Shown in pieces: positions 41,981 to 52,894 of a stretch of DNA of 64,000 nt. The DNA is taken from NCBI GenBank assembly GCA_965200925.1, contig OZ241738.1, forward strand, positions 1,858,291-1,922,290, read 5' to 3'. This stretch comes from Alphaproteobacteria bacterium (lineage in GTDB: Bacteria > Pseudomonadota > Alphaproteobacteria > UBA828). The position numbers were made by a program, and so were the translations under genes. The stretch's first letter is position 1. Every line of letters begins with the position of its first letter. The notes beneath the pieces were generated by a model that saw only the letters and a list, made by a program, of their open reading frames with translations, ran no database searches and was not told where the DNA came from.

Positions 41981-41997
41981 GCCTGGCCTCCCTCGTT

Positions 41998-43806
41998 CTA
42001 CCCTTCCCGCCCCGGTGGCAGCGCCTCCCGGCGGGGCGGACGCGCCGGCACGAGGCCGAGTTCCTTCAGATGCCGGGGCGGCACCGGCCCCGGCGCGCCC
42101 ATCATCAGGTCCTGCGCCGTCTGGTTCAGCGGGAACATGATGACCTCGCGGATGCTGGGCTCGTCTGCGAGCAGCATGACGATCCGGTCGATCCCGGGCG
42201 CGATGCCGCCATGGGGCGGCGCGCCGTAGCGGAAGGCGTTGTAAAGCGCGCCGAACCGCCGCTTCACCTCGTCCTCGCCGTAGCCGGCGATTTCGAACGC
42301 CTTGACCATGACGTCGAGCCGGTGGTTCCTGATCGCGCCGCTGGAGAGCTCCACGCCGTTGCAGACGATGTCGTATTGGTGGGCGCGCACGGCGAGCGGG
42401 TCGCCGCCCTCCAGGGCCTCCAGCCCGCCCTGCGGCATCGAGAACGGGTTGTGGCTGAAGCCGATGGCACCGGTCTGCGGGTCGTGCTCGAACATCGGGT
42501 AGTCGACGATCCAGCAGAAGCGGTAGGCGTTGGACGCGACCAGATCGAGCCGCTTGCCGAGCTCGGCGCGCACCGCGCCCGCGTAGGCCGCGGCGGCGTC
42601 CGGGCTGTCGCAGCTCAGGAACAGCGCGTCGCCGTCGCCCAGGCCGGCGATGGCGCGAAGCTCGCGCTGGACGGCGTCGGGGACGAACTTCGCGATCGGC
42701 CCCTTGCCGGTACCGTCGGCGAAGACGACGTAGCCCAGGCCCGGCGCGCCGAGGCCCTGGGCGAAGCTGATCATCTGGTCGAAGAAACTGCGCGGCCGGT
42801 CGGCGACGTCCTTGACGGGAATGCCGCGCACCACCCCGCCTTTCGCGATGGTGCCCTTGAACGCCTTGAACGCCACTTCCTCGCGCGCGAACGGCGCGGT
42901 CACGTCGACGATCTCGATCGGGATGCGCAGATCCGGCTTGTCCGTGCCGTAGCGCAGCATCGCCTCGGCGTGAGGAATGCGCGGGAAGGGCGGCGGCGTG
43001 ACGGTGCGGTCGGAAAACTCCGCGAAGACCCCATGCATGACCGGCTCGACCGCCTGGAACACGTCCTCCTGCTCGACGAAGGCCATTTCGACGTCGAGCT
43101 GGTAGAACTCGCCCGGGGAGCGGTCGGCGCGGGCGTCCTCGTCGCGGAAGCAGGGCGCGATCTGGAAGTAGCGGTCGAAGCCCGAGGCCATGACCAGCTG
43201 CTTGAACTGCTGGGGCGCCTGCGGCAGCGCGTAGAAGGAGCCGGGATGGAGCCGGCTCGGCACCAGGAAGTCCCGCGCGCCCTCGGGCGAGCTCGCCGTC
43301 AGGATCGGGGTCTGCACTTCAAGGAACCCTTGCTCGATCATGCGCCGGCGGATGCTGGCTATGATCGCGCTGCGCAGCACCATGTTACGGTGCATGCGCT
43401 CGCGCCGGAGGTCCAGGAAGCGGTAGCGGAGCCGGGTCTCCTCGCCGTAGTCGTGTTCGCCGTGGACCGGCAGCGGCAGGGTTTCCGCGGCATTCTGCAC
43501 GACAAGGTCGGCGATGCGGATCTCGACCTGCCCGGTTTCGATCTTCGGGTTCACCGTCTCGGCGTCGCGGGCCGCGACGGCACCGGTCACCGTCACCACC
43601 GTCTCCGGCTTGAGCGCGGCCACCGCGTCGAACATCGGCGCGCCGGCCTCCGCCACGCACTGGGTCACGCCGTAATGGTCACGAACGTCCACGAACACGA
43701 GATGGCCGTGGTCGCGCACCCGGTGCACCCAGCCGGAAATGCGCGCCGCCCGGCCCGTGTCCGAGGGCCGGAGCGCGTCGCAGGTATGGGTTCTGTATCG
43801 GTGCAT
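41998..43806 (-). CDS. aspS: Aspartyl-tRNA synthetase
   Basis: [51 protein letters not shown] (the anticodon-binding OB fold), class-II motifs (…[10 protein letters not shown]…, …[14 protein letters not shown]…). The start was chosen at MHRYRTH. Confidence 0.9.
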   Translation of the reverse strand: MHRYRTHTCDALRPSDTGRAARISGWVHRVRDHGHLVFVDVRDHYGVTQCVAEAGAPMFDAVAALKPETVVTVTGAVAARDAETVNPKIETGQVEIRIADLVVQNAAETLPLPVHGEHDYGEETRLRYRFLDLRRERMHRNMVLRSAIIASIRRRMIEQGFLEVQTPILTASSPEGARDFLVPSRLHPGSFYALPQAPQQFKQLVMASGFDRYFQIAPCFRDEDARADRSPGEFYQLDVEMAFVEQEDVFQAVEPVMHGVFAEFSDRTVTPPPFPRIPHAEAMLRYGTDKPDLRIPIEIVDVTAPFAREEVAFKAFKGTIAKGGVVRGIPVKDVADRPRSFFDQMISFAQGLGAPGLGYVVFADGTGKGPIAKFVPDAVQRELRAIAGLGDGDALFLSCDSPDAAAAYAGAVRAELGKRLDLVASNAYRFCWIVDYPMFEHDPQTGAIGFSHNPFSMPQGGLEALEGGDPLAVRAHQYDIVCNGVELSSGAIRNHRLDVMVKAFEIAGYGEDEVKRRFGALYNAFRYGAPPHGGIAPGIDRIVMLLADEPSIREVIMFPLNQTAQDLMMGAPGPVPPRHLKELGLVPARPPRREALPPGREG

Positions 43807-44028
43807 GAGGGGGCCTCGTGGAGCGCGACCCACACTCGGACCGCGCCGGAAAGGCGCATGGAACCGGCCGCTTTGTCAAGCACCGGAGGCCGCGACGACG
43901 TCAAGCGCCGGAGACCGCGACGACTCTTCGTTGGCCCGCGGCGGCCGTTTGGCGTAAACTAGAGGGAGCGCCCATGCCCTCGATTCCCGCGATCGCTTTC
44001 GTTCCGCCTCCGGTCGTGCCCGCGCGCC

Positions 44029-45234
44029 ATGGGTGAGCCATCGGTAATCACCGAGAGCGCGGCGCTCGCTTCGCGCTGCGCGGCGTGGCGCGGCGCAGAC
44101 TTCATCGCGGTCGACACCGAGTTCATGCGGGAGCGCACCTACCGGGCCGAATTGTGCTTGGTGCAGATCGGCGCGCCCGGCGGCGAAACGGTGGCCGTGG
44201 ATCCGCTGGCGGCGGGAATCGACTTGGCGCCCCTTTACGCGCTCCTGGCGGAGGCGCCGGTCGTCAAGGTCTTTCATGCGGCGCGCCAGGACGTGGAAGT
44301 GCTGCTACCGCTCGCCGGTGGCATGCCGCGGCCGCTTTTCGATACCCAGATCGCCGCCATGGTCTGCGGCTTCGGCGATTCCGTCGGCTACGAAACGCTG
44401 GCCACGAAACTGGCGGGGGCGCGCATCGACAAGACGCAGCGGTTCACCGACTGGTCGCGCCGCCCGCTCACCGAGCGGCAGGTCCGCTATGCGCTCTCGG
44501 ACGTGAGCCATCTCAGGACGATCTACGAAAAGCTCGCGGCCGAGCTGGAGCGGACGGGGCGGCGCCCGTGGCTCGACGAGGAGTTCGCCGTCCTGACCGA
44601 CCCGGCGACCTATCGGAGCGACCCGGACGAGGCGTGGCGGCGGATCAAGGTGCGCGGCGGCGACCGGCGGTTCTTCGCCGTCCTGCACGCGCTCGCGTCC
44701 TGGCGCGAGAGGGAGGCCCAGCGCCGCAATCTGCCGCGCCCGTGGGTGCTGCGCGACAACGCCTTGACCGAGATCGCGGCGCAGCGCCCGGCCACGGCCG
44801 AAGCGCTGGCCAAGCTCCGCTCGGTGAGCGAACGCACTGCTCGCGGTGCCACCGGGCGGGCGCTTCTGGAGGCGGTCGCGCAGGGCTTGGCGCTCCCGGA
44901 CGAACAATGCCCGGAGCCGCCGCAACGCCGCCGGGTGCCGAAAGGCCACGAGGCGACGACGGCCCTCCTCAAGGTGCTGCTGGCGCTCGAGAGCGAGCGG
45001 TCGGGCGTCGCCGGGCGGCTGATCGCGAGCACCGAGGACCTGGAGCGGATCTCGGGCGGGGAAGAGGAGGGCATCCCTGCCCTGCGGGGCTGGCGCCGCG
45101 ACCTCTTCGGCGCCGCCGCGCTCAACCTCGTAAACGGCCGCTTGGCGCTCGCGGTGGAACGCGGCCGCCTCTGCCTCATGCCCCGCGCACCGGAAGGCGC
45201 CCCGCCGCAGTCCGACCCGAACGGGCGACCTTAG
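44029..45234 (+). CDS. rnd: Ribonuclease D
   Basis: …FIAVDTEFMRERTYRAELCLVQI… DEDDy 3'-5' exonuclease motifs followed by an HRDC-like region. Confidence 0.8.
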   Translation: MGEPSVITESAALASRCAAWRGADFIAVDTEFMRERTYRAELCLVQIGAPGGETVAVDPLAAGIDLAPLYALLAEAPVVKVFHAARQDVEVLLPLAGGMPRPLFDTQIAAMVCGFGDSVGYETLATKLAGARIDKTQRFTDWSRRPLTERQVRYALSDVSHLRTIYEKLAAELERTGRRPWLDEEFAVLTDPATYRSDPDEAWRRIKVRGGDRRFFAVLHALASWREREAQRRNLPRPWVLRDNALTEIAAQRPATAEALAKLRSVSERTARGATGRALLEAVAQGLALPDEQCPEPPQRRRVPKGHEATTALLKVLLALESERSGVAGRLIASTEDLERISGGEEEGIPALRGWRRDLFGAAALNLVNGRLALAVERGRLCLMPRAPEGAPPQSDPNGRP

Positions 45235-45749
45235 ACGCATCAAGTGGACGGCGGCGACCTGCTCTGCTAGTCTCCACCAAGTCCGACAGGAGATCATCAA
45301 TGGAATGCTTACTGGAGGAATTGGGGAGATTCGACGCATTGCGCGACGGCGATTCCGGAAACGATGTGGTTGCCGATAAGGGCTTTGGACGCTATTTCCC
45401 CGACCTATGCCGACAAGAAAGTATTTGATCGTCTGCCTTCAACGTTGACCGATGCTTTAATTCTTTCTGAGCACGGCGACTTGCGTGAATGCTGGGGAAT
45501 ACGCACACAATCTCATCGGATTGTCGTTCGACGAAATTAGCGCGAGCAACAGTATCCGACCATTGAAAATTTTTACTTCACACAGCCGGATATTTTCGAC
45601 CATCAACTTCAGCTGCGAACGGTCAAAGCGGGGCTCGCTTGTCTACAGAGAAGAAAGTCTGCATTGGCCTTTTGTCCGACACGAAGGTTTGCAGAAAATT
45701 GTCACCTAATTACAATTCGGAAAATCAACACACTCCGCCAATCGGGCGC

Positions 45750-46270
45750 GGTTCATGTCCACTCTGAAGAGGCCAAGGTGTCTCGGGCGGGTTTTACACG
45801 GATGAACGTCACGATACTCAGGCCGGCCTCAAGAACGGTTCGGTACGTTTGGTGTTTACCACTAATGCGCTCGAACTCGGAATCGACATCGGCGACTTTG
45901 GTGGAATCATCCTCGCGAACTTCCCCGATAGAAAGATGTCCGCATGGCAGCGTATCGGGCGCGCCGGGCGCAACTGGGAATCCGAAGCATTGATTATTAT
46001 GCCCGCAACAACCCTCTTGATCGATTCTACGCATCCAACCTTAACTTGTTCCTGAACAAGCCTCTCGACGATCTTGTCGTCAACCCGGGGAACGAGGATT
46101 TTATCAAGAAGAACGTGCCGTCCCTTCTGTGTGAAACATGTGATCTCGCCGGAGGGCAAGATATTCTGGGCAAAGCCCTGTACGATACTGCCGTCAGCAC
46201 AGTTTGGGGACCATTGCGATGCTGCGTCCGAAAGGCGGTCGTGAGTGGCGGCCGCGGATATTACGACCAC
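45750..46270 (+). pseudogene. Remnant of a DEAD/DEAH-box helicase (C-terminal RecA-like domain; YprA/MrfA/DUF1998-associated helicase type), multiply frameshifted and 3'-truncated
   Basis: One frame reads …YHAGLKNGSVRLVFTTNALELGIDIGDFGGIILANFPDRKMSAWQRIGRAGRNWESEALIIMPA (helicase motifs V-VI). A second frame continues …RNNPLDRFYASNLNLFLNKPLDDLVVNPGNEDFIKKNVPSLLCETCDL…, which matches the post-motif-VI region of YprA-like helicases. Local GC is about 48%, against about 68% in the flanks. Further junk-like fragments extend back to about 45300. Confidence 0.55.
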
Positions 46271-47256
46271 ACGTGCCGATAGCCGGTGCGTTCGAGGGAG
46301 AGCGGGCGGCCGGCGGCGTCGAGGACTCTGACGCCGCGGCCGGGGACCAAGGCGCCGATGCGGGCGAGAGGCAGGCCCAAGGCCCGGCCCAGGGCTTCCA
46401 CCGCCCCGCGCCGAGCGAGGGGCACTGCGAACAGGAGCTCGTAATCGTCGCCGCCCGCCAGCAGGTCTGCGATCCCAGCCTCGGGCGAGGCGAGGGCGCG
46501 GGCGGCGGCGGCGGAAAGAGGCACCGCCTCCGCCGAAACGTGGGCCGCCACGCCCGATTCTTCGCAGAGATGGGCGAGATCGGCGATCAACCCGTCGGAG
46601 ACGTCGAGGGCGGCGGAGGCCACCCCGCGCAACGCTTGGCCCAGCGCGAGCCGGGGAGAGGGCAGGCGGAAGCGCTCGGCGAGGAAGGCACGGTCCGCCG
46701 GCGCGAGCGTCCGCAGTCCGCCGCGCGCCACCCGGAGGCCGAGGGCTGCGTCGCCGATCGTGCCCGAAACATAGAGGTCGTCGCCGGCAGCACCGCCGGC
46801 GCGCATGAGCACCGCGCCTTGGGGCACGGCGCCGAAGGCGGTCAGGGACAGCACCGCCGGGCCGGCACCTGCCACCATGTCGCCGCCGATCAACGCCACG
46901 CCGAAGTGCGCCTGGTCGAGGGCGAGACCGCCGGCGAAACCCTCGATCCACGACGCCGGGAGGTCGCGGGGCAGGGCGAGGCCGAGCGCGTAGGAAAGCG
47001 CGTCCGCGCCCATCGCCGCCAGATCGGAAAGGTTCACGCGCAGGAGCCGCCGGGCGACGACCGCCGGCTCCTCGTCCGGCGGGTAGTGCACGCCGGCCAC
47101 CATCAGATCCTTGGTGACGACGAGCGTCGCACCGGCGGGCGGTGCCACCGTCGCGCCGTCGTTGCGCAACCCGAAGGCGCCCGGCCCGGCGCGGCTCAAC
47201 GGCGCGAACAGGCGGCGGACGAGGTCGAACTCACTTTCCTCGAGGCGGCTCGTCAT
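46261..47256 (-). CDS. thiL: Thiamine-monophosphate kinase
   Basis: AIR-synthase-related fold motifs (…NDGATVAPPAGATLVVTKDLMVAGVHY…, …LSDLAAMGA…). The start was chosen at MTSRLEESEFDLV (47256). Confidence 0.8.
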   Translation of the reverse strand: MTSRLEESEFDLVRRLFAPLSRAGPGAFGLRNDGATVAPPAGATLVVTKDLMVAGVHYPPDEEPAVVARRLLRVNLSDLAAMGADALSYALGLALPRDLPASWIEGFAGGLALDQAHFGVALIGGDMVAGAGPAVLSLTAFGAVPQGAVLMRAGGAAGDDLYVSGTIGDAALGLRVARGGLRTLAPADRAFLAERFRLPSPRLALGQALRGVASAALDVSDGLIADLAHLCEESGVAAHVSAEAVPLSAAAARALASPEAGIADLLAGGDDYELLFAVPLARRGAVEALGRALGLPLARIGALVPGRGVRVLDAAGRPLSLERTGYRHVWS

Positions 47257-47755
47257 CCTCCGTCGCCTCCGCCATCTCGACCGCGCGCAGGCGCCGCGCC
47301 AGGGTGTCGAGCGCGCCGTTGACGAAGGCGGGCTCGCGGCCGGAGAAGAAGGCACGGGCGAGTTCGACATATTCGTCGATGACCACGCGGGCCGGCACCT
47401 CGGGGCAGGTGAAGAGCTCGCAGGCCGCAGCCCGCATCAGGGCGCGCAGGACTGCCCCCAGCCGGTCCAGGCTCCAGCTCTCCGCGAGGCTGTCCGCCAC
47501 CAGGGCGTCGATCTCCTGGGCCCTCGCCGCGGCTTCGCGCACGGTGTGCTCGAAATGGCGGCGGTGGGGCTTGGCGAAGCGGGTGCCGTCGAGGTCGCAG
47601 CCCACGCGGTGCCGCAGAAACTCCTCGATCACCGAGTCTGCCGGCCGGCCGGACAGCTCGATCTGATAAAGCGCCTGGACGCTGGCGAGCCGCGCGCCGC
47701 TGCGCCGCTGGCGGGCGGGCGCTCCGTCCCGGTCGGTGGCGGCCCCGGCCGACAC
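47231..47755 (-). CDS. nusB: Transcription antitermination factor NusB
   Basis: …ARLASVQALYQIELSGR… is the NusB N-terminal signature. No in-frame ATG lies near the expected start; a GTG at 47753-47755 was chosen and is uncertain (the longer ORF starts at 47839). Confidence 0.7.
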   Translation of the reverse strand: MSAGAATDRDGAPARQRRSGARLASVQALYQIELSGRPADSVIEEFLRHRVGCDLDGTRFAKPHRRHFEHTVREAAARAQEIDALVADSLAESWSLDRLGAVLRALMRAAACELFTCPEVPARVVIDEYVELARAFFSGREPAFVNGALDTLARRLRAVEMAEATEDDEPPRGK

Positions 47756-47760
47756 CGCGG

Positions 47761-48207
47761 CTACTCCCGCGTCCGCGTCGCAAGGGCGCGGCGCACCGCC
47801 ATCATCGCGAGGCAGGCCCGCGCCGCGGCGGCGCCGCAATTCCGCCGCTCGACCGACGCCCGCTCCCAGGCCTGATCGCGGGTCCCGGCGGTGATCACGC
47901 CGAAGCCGAGGGCAATGCCGTGGCGCGCGGAGAGGGTGGCGAGGCCGCCAGCGCAGGCGGTGCAGACGTGCTCGTAATGGCTGGTCTCCCCGCGGATCAC
48001 GCAGCCGAGCGCAACGAAGCCGTCGTAACGGCCACTCTGGATCGCCATGGCAAGCGCTGCCGGGAGCTCGAAAGCCCCCGGAACGCTGATCCGCTCGTGG
48101 CGCGGCGCCTCCGGGGCGGCGTCCAGCGCGGCGGCGGCGCCGGCGACCAGTTGATCGGCGATGTCGCCGTAGAAACGCGAATCGAGGACGAGGACACGCT
48201 CAACCAT
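47761..48207 (-). CDS. ribH: 6,7-dimethyl-8-ribityllumazine synthase
   Basis: MVERVLVLDSRFYGDIADQLVAGA…ISVPGAFELP… is canonical RibH. Confidence 0.85.
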   Translation of the reverse strand: MVERVLVLDSRFYGDIADQLVAGAAAALDAAPEAPRHERISVPGAFELPAALAMAIQSGRYDGFVALGCVIRGETSHYEHVCTACAGGLATLSARHGIALGFGVITAGTRDQAWERASVERRNCGAAAARACLAMMAVRRALATRTRE

Positions 48208-49357
48208 GGCGCGCGTCCGACCCGGCGCGTCGCGCCCCGTCCGGGAGTGGCCGCCGGCCCACGACTTTGAGGCCGTAGCCGTCGAGGCCGACGATGGTCC
48301 ACTGGGTGTTGTGCAGCAGGATCAGGTCGCGGACGCCGAGATCGATAAGGATCTGCGCCCCGACTCCGTAGTCCCGCAGGCCGCCGGCGTCCTGGCCGTC
48401 GCGCCGGGCGGGAACGGGATCCGGGATAGGCGATCCGTGCCGCTCGCGGATGACAATCACGACTCCGCGGCCCTCCTCGCCGACGGTCCGCAACGCGGCC
48501 TGGAGCTTGCCGGTGTGCTCGCTCGCGGCGGCGCCGAGCCCGTCGTCGAGCAGGTTGAACGCATGCACCCGCACGGGCACCGGCCCGCCATCCGCCACGT
48601 TCCCCTTCACAAGCGCGACATGCTCGATCTTCTCGACGGTGTCGGCATAGACGAGCATACGGAAGGGGCCGCCGTGGTGGGAATCGAACGCGGTCTCCCG
48701 CACCCGCTCGACGATCGCGTCATGGCGCAGCCGGTACGCGATCAGGTCCGCGATGGTCGCGATCTTCACGTCGTGGCGTTGCGCGAAGGCCACGAGATCC
48801 GGCATCCGCGCCATGCTCCCGTCGTCGTTCATGATCTCGCAGATCACCGCGGACGGGTTGAGGCCGGCCAAGCGCGCGATGTCGACGCTCGCTTCCGTAT
48901 GCCCGGTGCGGACCAGCACGCCGCCGTCGCGGGCGGCGAGCGGAAAGATGTGCCCCGGCGAGGTCAGGTCGTCCGGCCCGCGGTTGGGGTCGATGGCGAC
49001 GGAAATCGTCCGCGCGCGGTCCGAGGCGGAGATCCCGGTCGTGATCCCCTCGCGCGCCTCGATGGAAACGGTGAAGGCCGTGTCGTGGCGGGATTCGTTG
49101 CGCTTCGGCATCAGTTCCAGGCCGAGAGCGCACACCCGCTCGGCGCTGAGGGCGAGGCAGATCAGGCCGCGCCCGTATCTGGCCATGAAGTTGATGGCCT
49201 CGGGCGTGGCCATCTGGGCGGGGATCACCAGATCGCCTTCGTTCTCCCGCTCCTCGTCGTCGGCGAGGATGATCATCCGCCCGTTGCGGAATTCCTCAAC
49301 CGCCTCCTCGACCGACGCGAGGGCGTACGCCGGCGCGATTCGCGGCATCTGGACCAT
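48200..49357 (-). CDS. ribBA: Bifunctional 3,4-dihydroxy-2-butanone-4-phosphate synthase / GTP cyclohydrolase II
   Basis: RibB motif …ILADDEERENEGDLVIPAQ… followed by a GTP-cyclohydrolase II domain. Confidence 0.85.
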   Translation of the reverse strand: MVQMPRIAPAYALASVEEAVEEFRNGRMIILADDEERENEGDLVIPAQMATPEAINFMARYGRGLICLALSAERVCALGLELMPKRNESRHDTAFTVSIEAREGITTGISASDRARTISVAIDPNRGPDDLTSPGHIFPLAARDGGVLVRTGHTEASVDIARLAGLNPSAVICEIMNDDGSMARMPDLVAFAQRHDVKIATIADLIAYRLRHDAIVERVRETAFDSHHGGPFRMLVYADTVEKIEHVALVKGNVADGGPVPVRVHAFNLLDDGLGAAASEHTGKLQAALRTVGEEGRGVVIVIRERHGSPIPDPVPARRDGQDAGGLRDYGVGAQILIDLGVRDLILLHNTQWTIVGLDGYGLKVVGRRPLPDGARRAGSDARHG

Positions 49358-49950
49358 CAGCTCCGTGCGTGCAGGCGCGCAACGTAGCGCGCGATCAGGT
49401 CGATCTCAAGATTGAGCCGGTCGCCCGGCGCGAGGGCATCCAAGGTGGTCGCCGCCCGGGTATGGGGGATGAGATTGACTCCGAACGCCCCGCCGTCCAC
49501 CTCGTTCACCGTGAGCGACACCCCGTCGAGGGCGATCGCGCCCTTGGCCGCGATCAGCTTCTCCAACCCCGTCGGGGCGCACACCGAGAGGCGCAGCGAG
49601 CCGCCGTCCGGCATCACGGCCTCGACGACCCCGAGGCCGTCGACATGGCCCGTGACCAGATGCCCGCCGACCTCCTCGCCCAGCCGGAGGGCGCGCTCCA
49701 GGTTGACCCGCGTACCCGCCTGCCAGCCGCCGACGGTGGTCCGGCCCGCCGTCTCGCCCGAAACGTCGACGGCGAACCATCCCGGTCCCTTGTCCACCAC
49801 CGTGAGGCACGGCCCGGAACAGGCGATGGACGCGCCGATGGCGATGGTTTCGGTGTCGTAGGCGGTTTCGATCTCAAGCCGCCGGTCACCGCCTTCTACC
49901 CCGGTCACCGCGCGCACCGAGCCGACGTCGGTGACGATCCCCGTGAACAT
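49357..49950 (-). CDS. ribE: Riboflavin synthase alpha chain
   Basis: MFTGIVTDVGSVRAV…GASIACSGPCLTV… has tandem lumazine-binding repeats. The start (49950) was verified and overlaps the ribD stop (ATGA). Confidence 0.85.
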   Translation of the reverse strand: MFTGIVTDVGSVRAVTGVEGGDRRLEIETAYDTETIAIGASIACSGPCLTVVDKGPGWFAVDVSGETAGRTTVGGWQAGTRVNLERALRLGEEVGGHLVTGHVDGLGVVEAVMPDGGSLRLSVCAPTGLEKLIAAKGAIALDGVSLTVNEVDGGAFGVNLIPHTRAATTLDALAPGDRLNLEIDLIARYVARLHARS

Positions 49951-51071
49951 CACCCGGACGCCGGAACCAGAATTTCCACCAGGTCGGGGCCGACGAGCAC
50001 CGCCGAAGCGCGCGCGAAGCGTGGCGCCCCTGCGACGCGATCTACCTCCAACCCGGCGAGCGCCGGGACGCCGTCGCCGCCAATCAAGGCGGGCGCGCGG
50101 AACCAGGCGATCCGATCGACCAAGCCGGCCCGGAGCAGCGCCGCCGCGAGACGCCCGCCACCCTCGACCAGGACGCGGGTGAGGCCGCGCGCGGCCAGCG
50201 CCTCGAGCGCGGCCCGCAGATCGGTGCGCCCGTCCGCGCTCGTCGCCACTTCCACGACGCAGGCGCCGGTGCGCGCGTAGGCGGCGCGGCGTTCCCGGCC
50301 CAGGAGCGCGGGCGTGGACAGGATCCACGTCGGCTGCGCAGCGGCGTTGGCCAGCAGCCGGTGACCCGCGGGCAGGCGGGCCGCGCCGTCGATCACGACG
50401 CGCACCGGGCTGCGATCCGCCATGCCGGGGAGGCGGCAGGTCAGCGCCGGGTCGTCGGCCACGGCGGTGGCGCCGCCCACGACCGCCGCGTCGTGGGTGG
50501 CGCGCAGCAGATGCCCGCGGGCGCGCGCCAGCGCCGCGGTGATCCAGCGGCTGTCGCCGGTGCGCGCGGCGATCCGGCCGTCGAGGCTGGTCGCCGTCTT
50601 GAGGGTCACGAGCGGGCGCCCGCGCTCCACCCGCGACAGGAAGCCCGCGTTCGCGGCCCGCGCCTCGTCGATCATGCAATCGCGCGTCACCGTGACCCCG
50701 GCCGCCTCCAGCGCGGTGATGCCGCGGCCGTCGACTCGCGAGTCCGGGTCTGCGAGCGCGACCACGGCGCGGGCGATCCCCGCCCGGATCAGCGCCTCCG
50801 CGCAAGGGCCCGTCTCGCCGCGGTGGGCGCAGGGCTCCAGGGTGACGTAGCAGGTGGCGCCGCGGGCGGCTTCCCCAGCGCGGGCGAGCGCCTCGGTCTC
50901 CGCGTGGGGCCGGCCGCCGGGCTGGGTCCAGCCGCGGCCCACGATTCGCCCGCCGCGCACGATCACGCAGCCGACCGCCGGGTTGGGCCACACCGAGCCC
51001 AGACCGCGCCGCGCCAGCGCGAGCGCCGCCGCCATGAAGCGGCGGTCAAGGGCCGAGGCGGCCTGCGTCAT
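49950..51071 (-). CDS. ribD: Bifunctional riboflavin-biosynthesis deaminase/reductase
   Basis: N-terminal cytidine-deaminase zinc motif (HAETEAL…TLEPCAHRGETGPC) and a C-terminal reductase domain. Confidence 0.85.
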   Translation of the reverse strand: MTQAASALDRRFMAAALALARRGLGSVWPNPAVGCVIVRGGRIVGRGWTQPGGRPHAETEALARAGEAARGATCYVTLEPCAHRGETGPCAEALIRAGIARAVVALADPDSRVDGRGITALEAAGVTVTRDCMIDEARAANAGFLSRVERGRPLVTLKTATSLDGRIAARTGDSRWITAALARARGHLLRATHDAAVVGGATAVADDPALTCRLPGMADRSPVRVVIDGAARLPAGHRLLANAAAQPTWILSTPALLGRERRAAYARTGACVVEVATSADGRTDLRAALEALAARGLTRVLVEGGGRLAAALLRAGLVDRIAWFRAPALIGGDGVPALAGLEVDRVAGAPRFARASAVLVGPDLVEILVPASG

Positions 51072-51075
51072 CGGC

Positions 51076-51534
51076 TCACGCCCGCTCGTCGCTCAGGCCG
51101 CCGATGAACTCCTCGAAGTCCTTCTTCTCACGGAAATTCCGGTAAACGGAGGCGAAGCGGACATAGGCGACCTGATCGAGGCTCGCGAGCGCGTCCATCA
51201 CCATCTCTCCGATCACGGTGCTCGGGACCTCGGCCTCGCCCAGGCTCTCGAGCCGGCGCACGATGCCGGTGACGATCTGGTCGACCCGCTCGGGCTCGAC
51301 CGGCCGCTTGCGCAGGGCAATCCGCATCGACCGCGCCATCTTCTCGCGTTCGAACAGCACCCGCCGGCCGCCGCTCTTGATCACCGTGAGCTCGCGGAGC
51401 TGGATTCGTTCGAAGGTCGTGAAGCGCCCGGCGCAATTGACGCATTGGCGCCGCCGCCTGATCGCCGTGCTGTCCTCCGTCGGCCGCGAATCCTTCACCT
51501 GCGTGTCGTCGTTTCCGCAAAACGGACAGCGCAT
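51076..51534 (-). CDS. nrdR: Transcriptional repressor NrdR
   Basis: [42 protein letters not shown]… is the zinc ribbon plus ATP-cone domain of NrdR. Confidence 0.9.
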   Translation of the reverse strand: MRCPFCGNDDTQVKDSRPTEDSTAIRRRRQCVNCAGRFTTFERIQLRELTVIKSGGRRVLFEREKMARSMRIALRKRPVEPERVDQIVTGIVRRLESLGEAEVPSTVIGEMVMDALASLDQVAYVRFASVYRNFREKKDFEEFIGGLSDERA

Positions 51535-51549
51535 GACGCTCCTCCCCGC

Positions 51550-52866
51550 TCAGGCGTGGCCCGGATAGACCGGGAAGGCGTCGCACAACGCCCGCACCCG
51601 ATCCCGGATCTCCAGCGTGGCGGTTGCGCTCCCGCCCGGCGCGTCGGCTTCCCGGTCCAGCAGGTCGGCGATCCAGCCGGCGATACGGCGAAATTCGACC
51701 GGGCCGAAGCCGCGGCTGGTGGCCGCCGGCGAGCCCAGCCTGATGCCGGAGGTCACCCAGGGCTTCTCCGGATCGAAGGGCACGCCGTTCTTGTTGCAGG
51801 TGATGCCGGCCCGTTCCAGCACCGCTTCGGCGCGCTTTCCCGCCACCCCCCTGGAGCGGAGATCGACGAGCAGGAGGTGGGTATCCGTTCCGTCCGAGAC
51901 GATGTCGTAGCCGCGGGCGGCGAGCGCCAAGGCCAGGGTCCGCGCGTTGTTCACGACGCGCCCGGCGTAGTCCCTGAAGGCGGGAGTCGCCGCCTCGCCC
52001 AGCGCCACCGCCTTGGCGGCGACGACGTGCTCCAGTGGCCCTCCCTGGAGCCCGGGGAAAACCGCGGCGTCCACCCGTTTCGCCAGCGCCTCGTCGTCGG
52101 TCAGGATCATGCCGCCGCGGGGACCGCGTAGCGTCTTGTGCGTGGTCGTCGTGACGATGTGAGCGTGGGGAAAGGGGCTCGGATAGACCCCGGCCGCGAC
52201 GAGCCCTGCGAAATGGGCCATATCGACCATGAAGAGCGCCCCGGCCGCGTCGGCGATCGCGCGAAAGCGCGCGAAATCGATGATGCGCGGATAGGCCGAG
52301 CCGCCGGCCAGGATGAGCTTGGGTCTTTCCGCCTGGGCGAGGGCGGCGATCTCGTCGAAATCGATGCGGGCGTCCGCGCGGCGGACGCCGTATTGCACTG
52401 CCTTGAACCATTTGCCCGAAAGGTTCGGCGCAGCACCATGGGTCAAGTGCCCGCCGGCGGCGAGCGACATGCCGAGGAACGTATCGCCCGGCTCCATGGC
52501 GGCAAAGAAGGCCGCTTGGTTGGCCTGCGCTCCGGAGTGGGGCTGCACGTTCGCGAAACCGCAGCCGAAGAGCCGGGTCGCGCGCTCGATGGCAAGGCGC
52601 TCGCCGATATCGACGTTTTCGCAACCGCCGTAGTAGCGCCGTCCGGGATAGCCTTCGGCGTATTTGTTGGTGAGCACCGAGCCCTGGGCTTCAAGGACCG
52701 CCCGGCTTACGATGTTCTCGGAGGCGATCAGCTCGATGGTCGTTCGCAGCCGTTCGATCTCGCCCGCGACGGCCGCATGCACCGCCGCGTCGGCCTCCCG
52801 CAACGAGCGGGAAAAGAAAGAGTCCGTCTCCGCCGCCCGGTCCCCCGCGAGGGGCGAGACTGCCAT
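51550..52866 (-). CDS. glyA: Serine hydroxymethyltransferase
   Basis: …[38 protein letters not shown]…; the PLP-lysine region …[16 protein letters not shown]…. The start was chosen at MAVSPLAG (52866) and verified. Confidence 0.9.
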   Translation of the reverse strand: MAVSPLAGDRAAETDSFFSRSLREADAAVHAAVAGEIERLRTTIELIASENIVSRAVLEAQGSVLTNKYAEGYPGRRYYGGCENVDIGERLAIERATRLFGCGFANVQPHSGAQANQAAFFAAMEPGDTFLGMSLAAGGHLTHGAAPNLSGKWFKAVQYGVRRADARIDFDEIAALAQAERPKLILAGGSAYPRIIDFARFRAIADAAGALFMVDMAHFAGLVAAGVYPSPFPHAHIVTTTTHKTLRGPRGGMILTDDEALAKRVDAAVFPGLQGGPLEHVVAAKAVALGEAATPAFRDYAGRVVNNARTLALALAARGYDIVSDGTDTHLLLVDLRSRGVAGKRAEAVLERAGITCNKNGVPFDPEKPWVTSGIRLGSPAATSRGFGPVEFRRIAGWIADLLDREADAPGGSATATLEIRDRVRALCDAFPVYPGHA

Positions 52867-52894
52867 GACCGGCCGATCCCCCGCGGCGCCCGGT

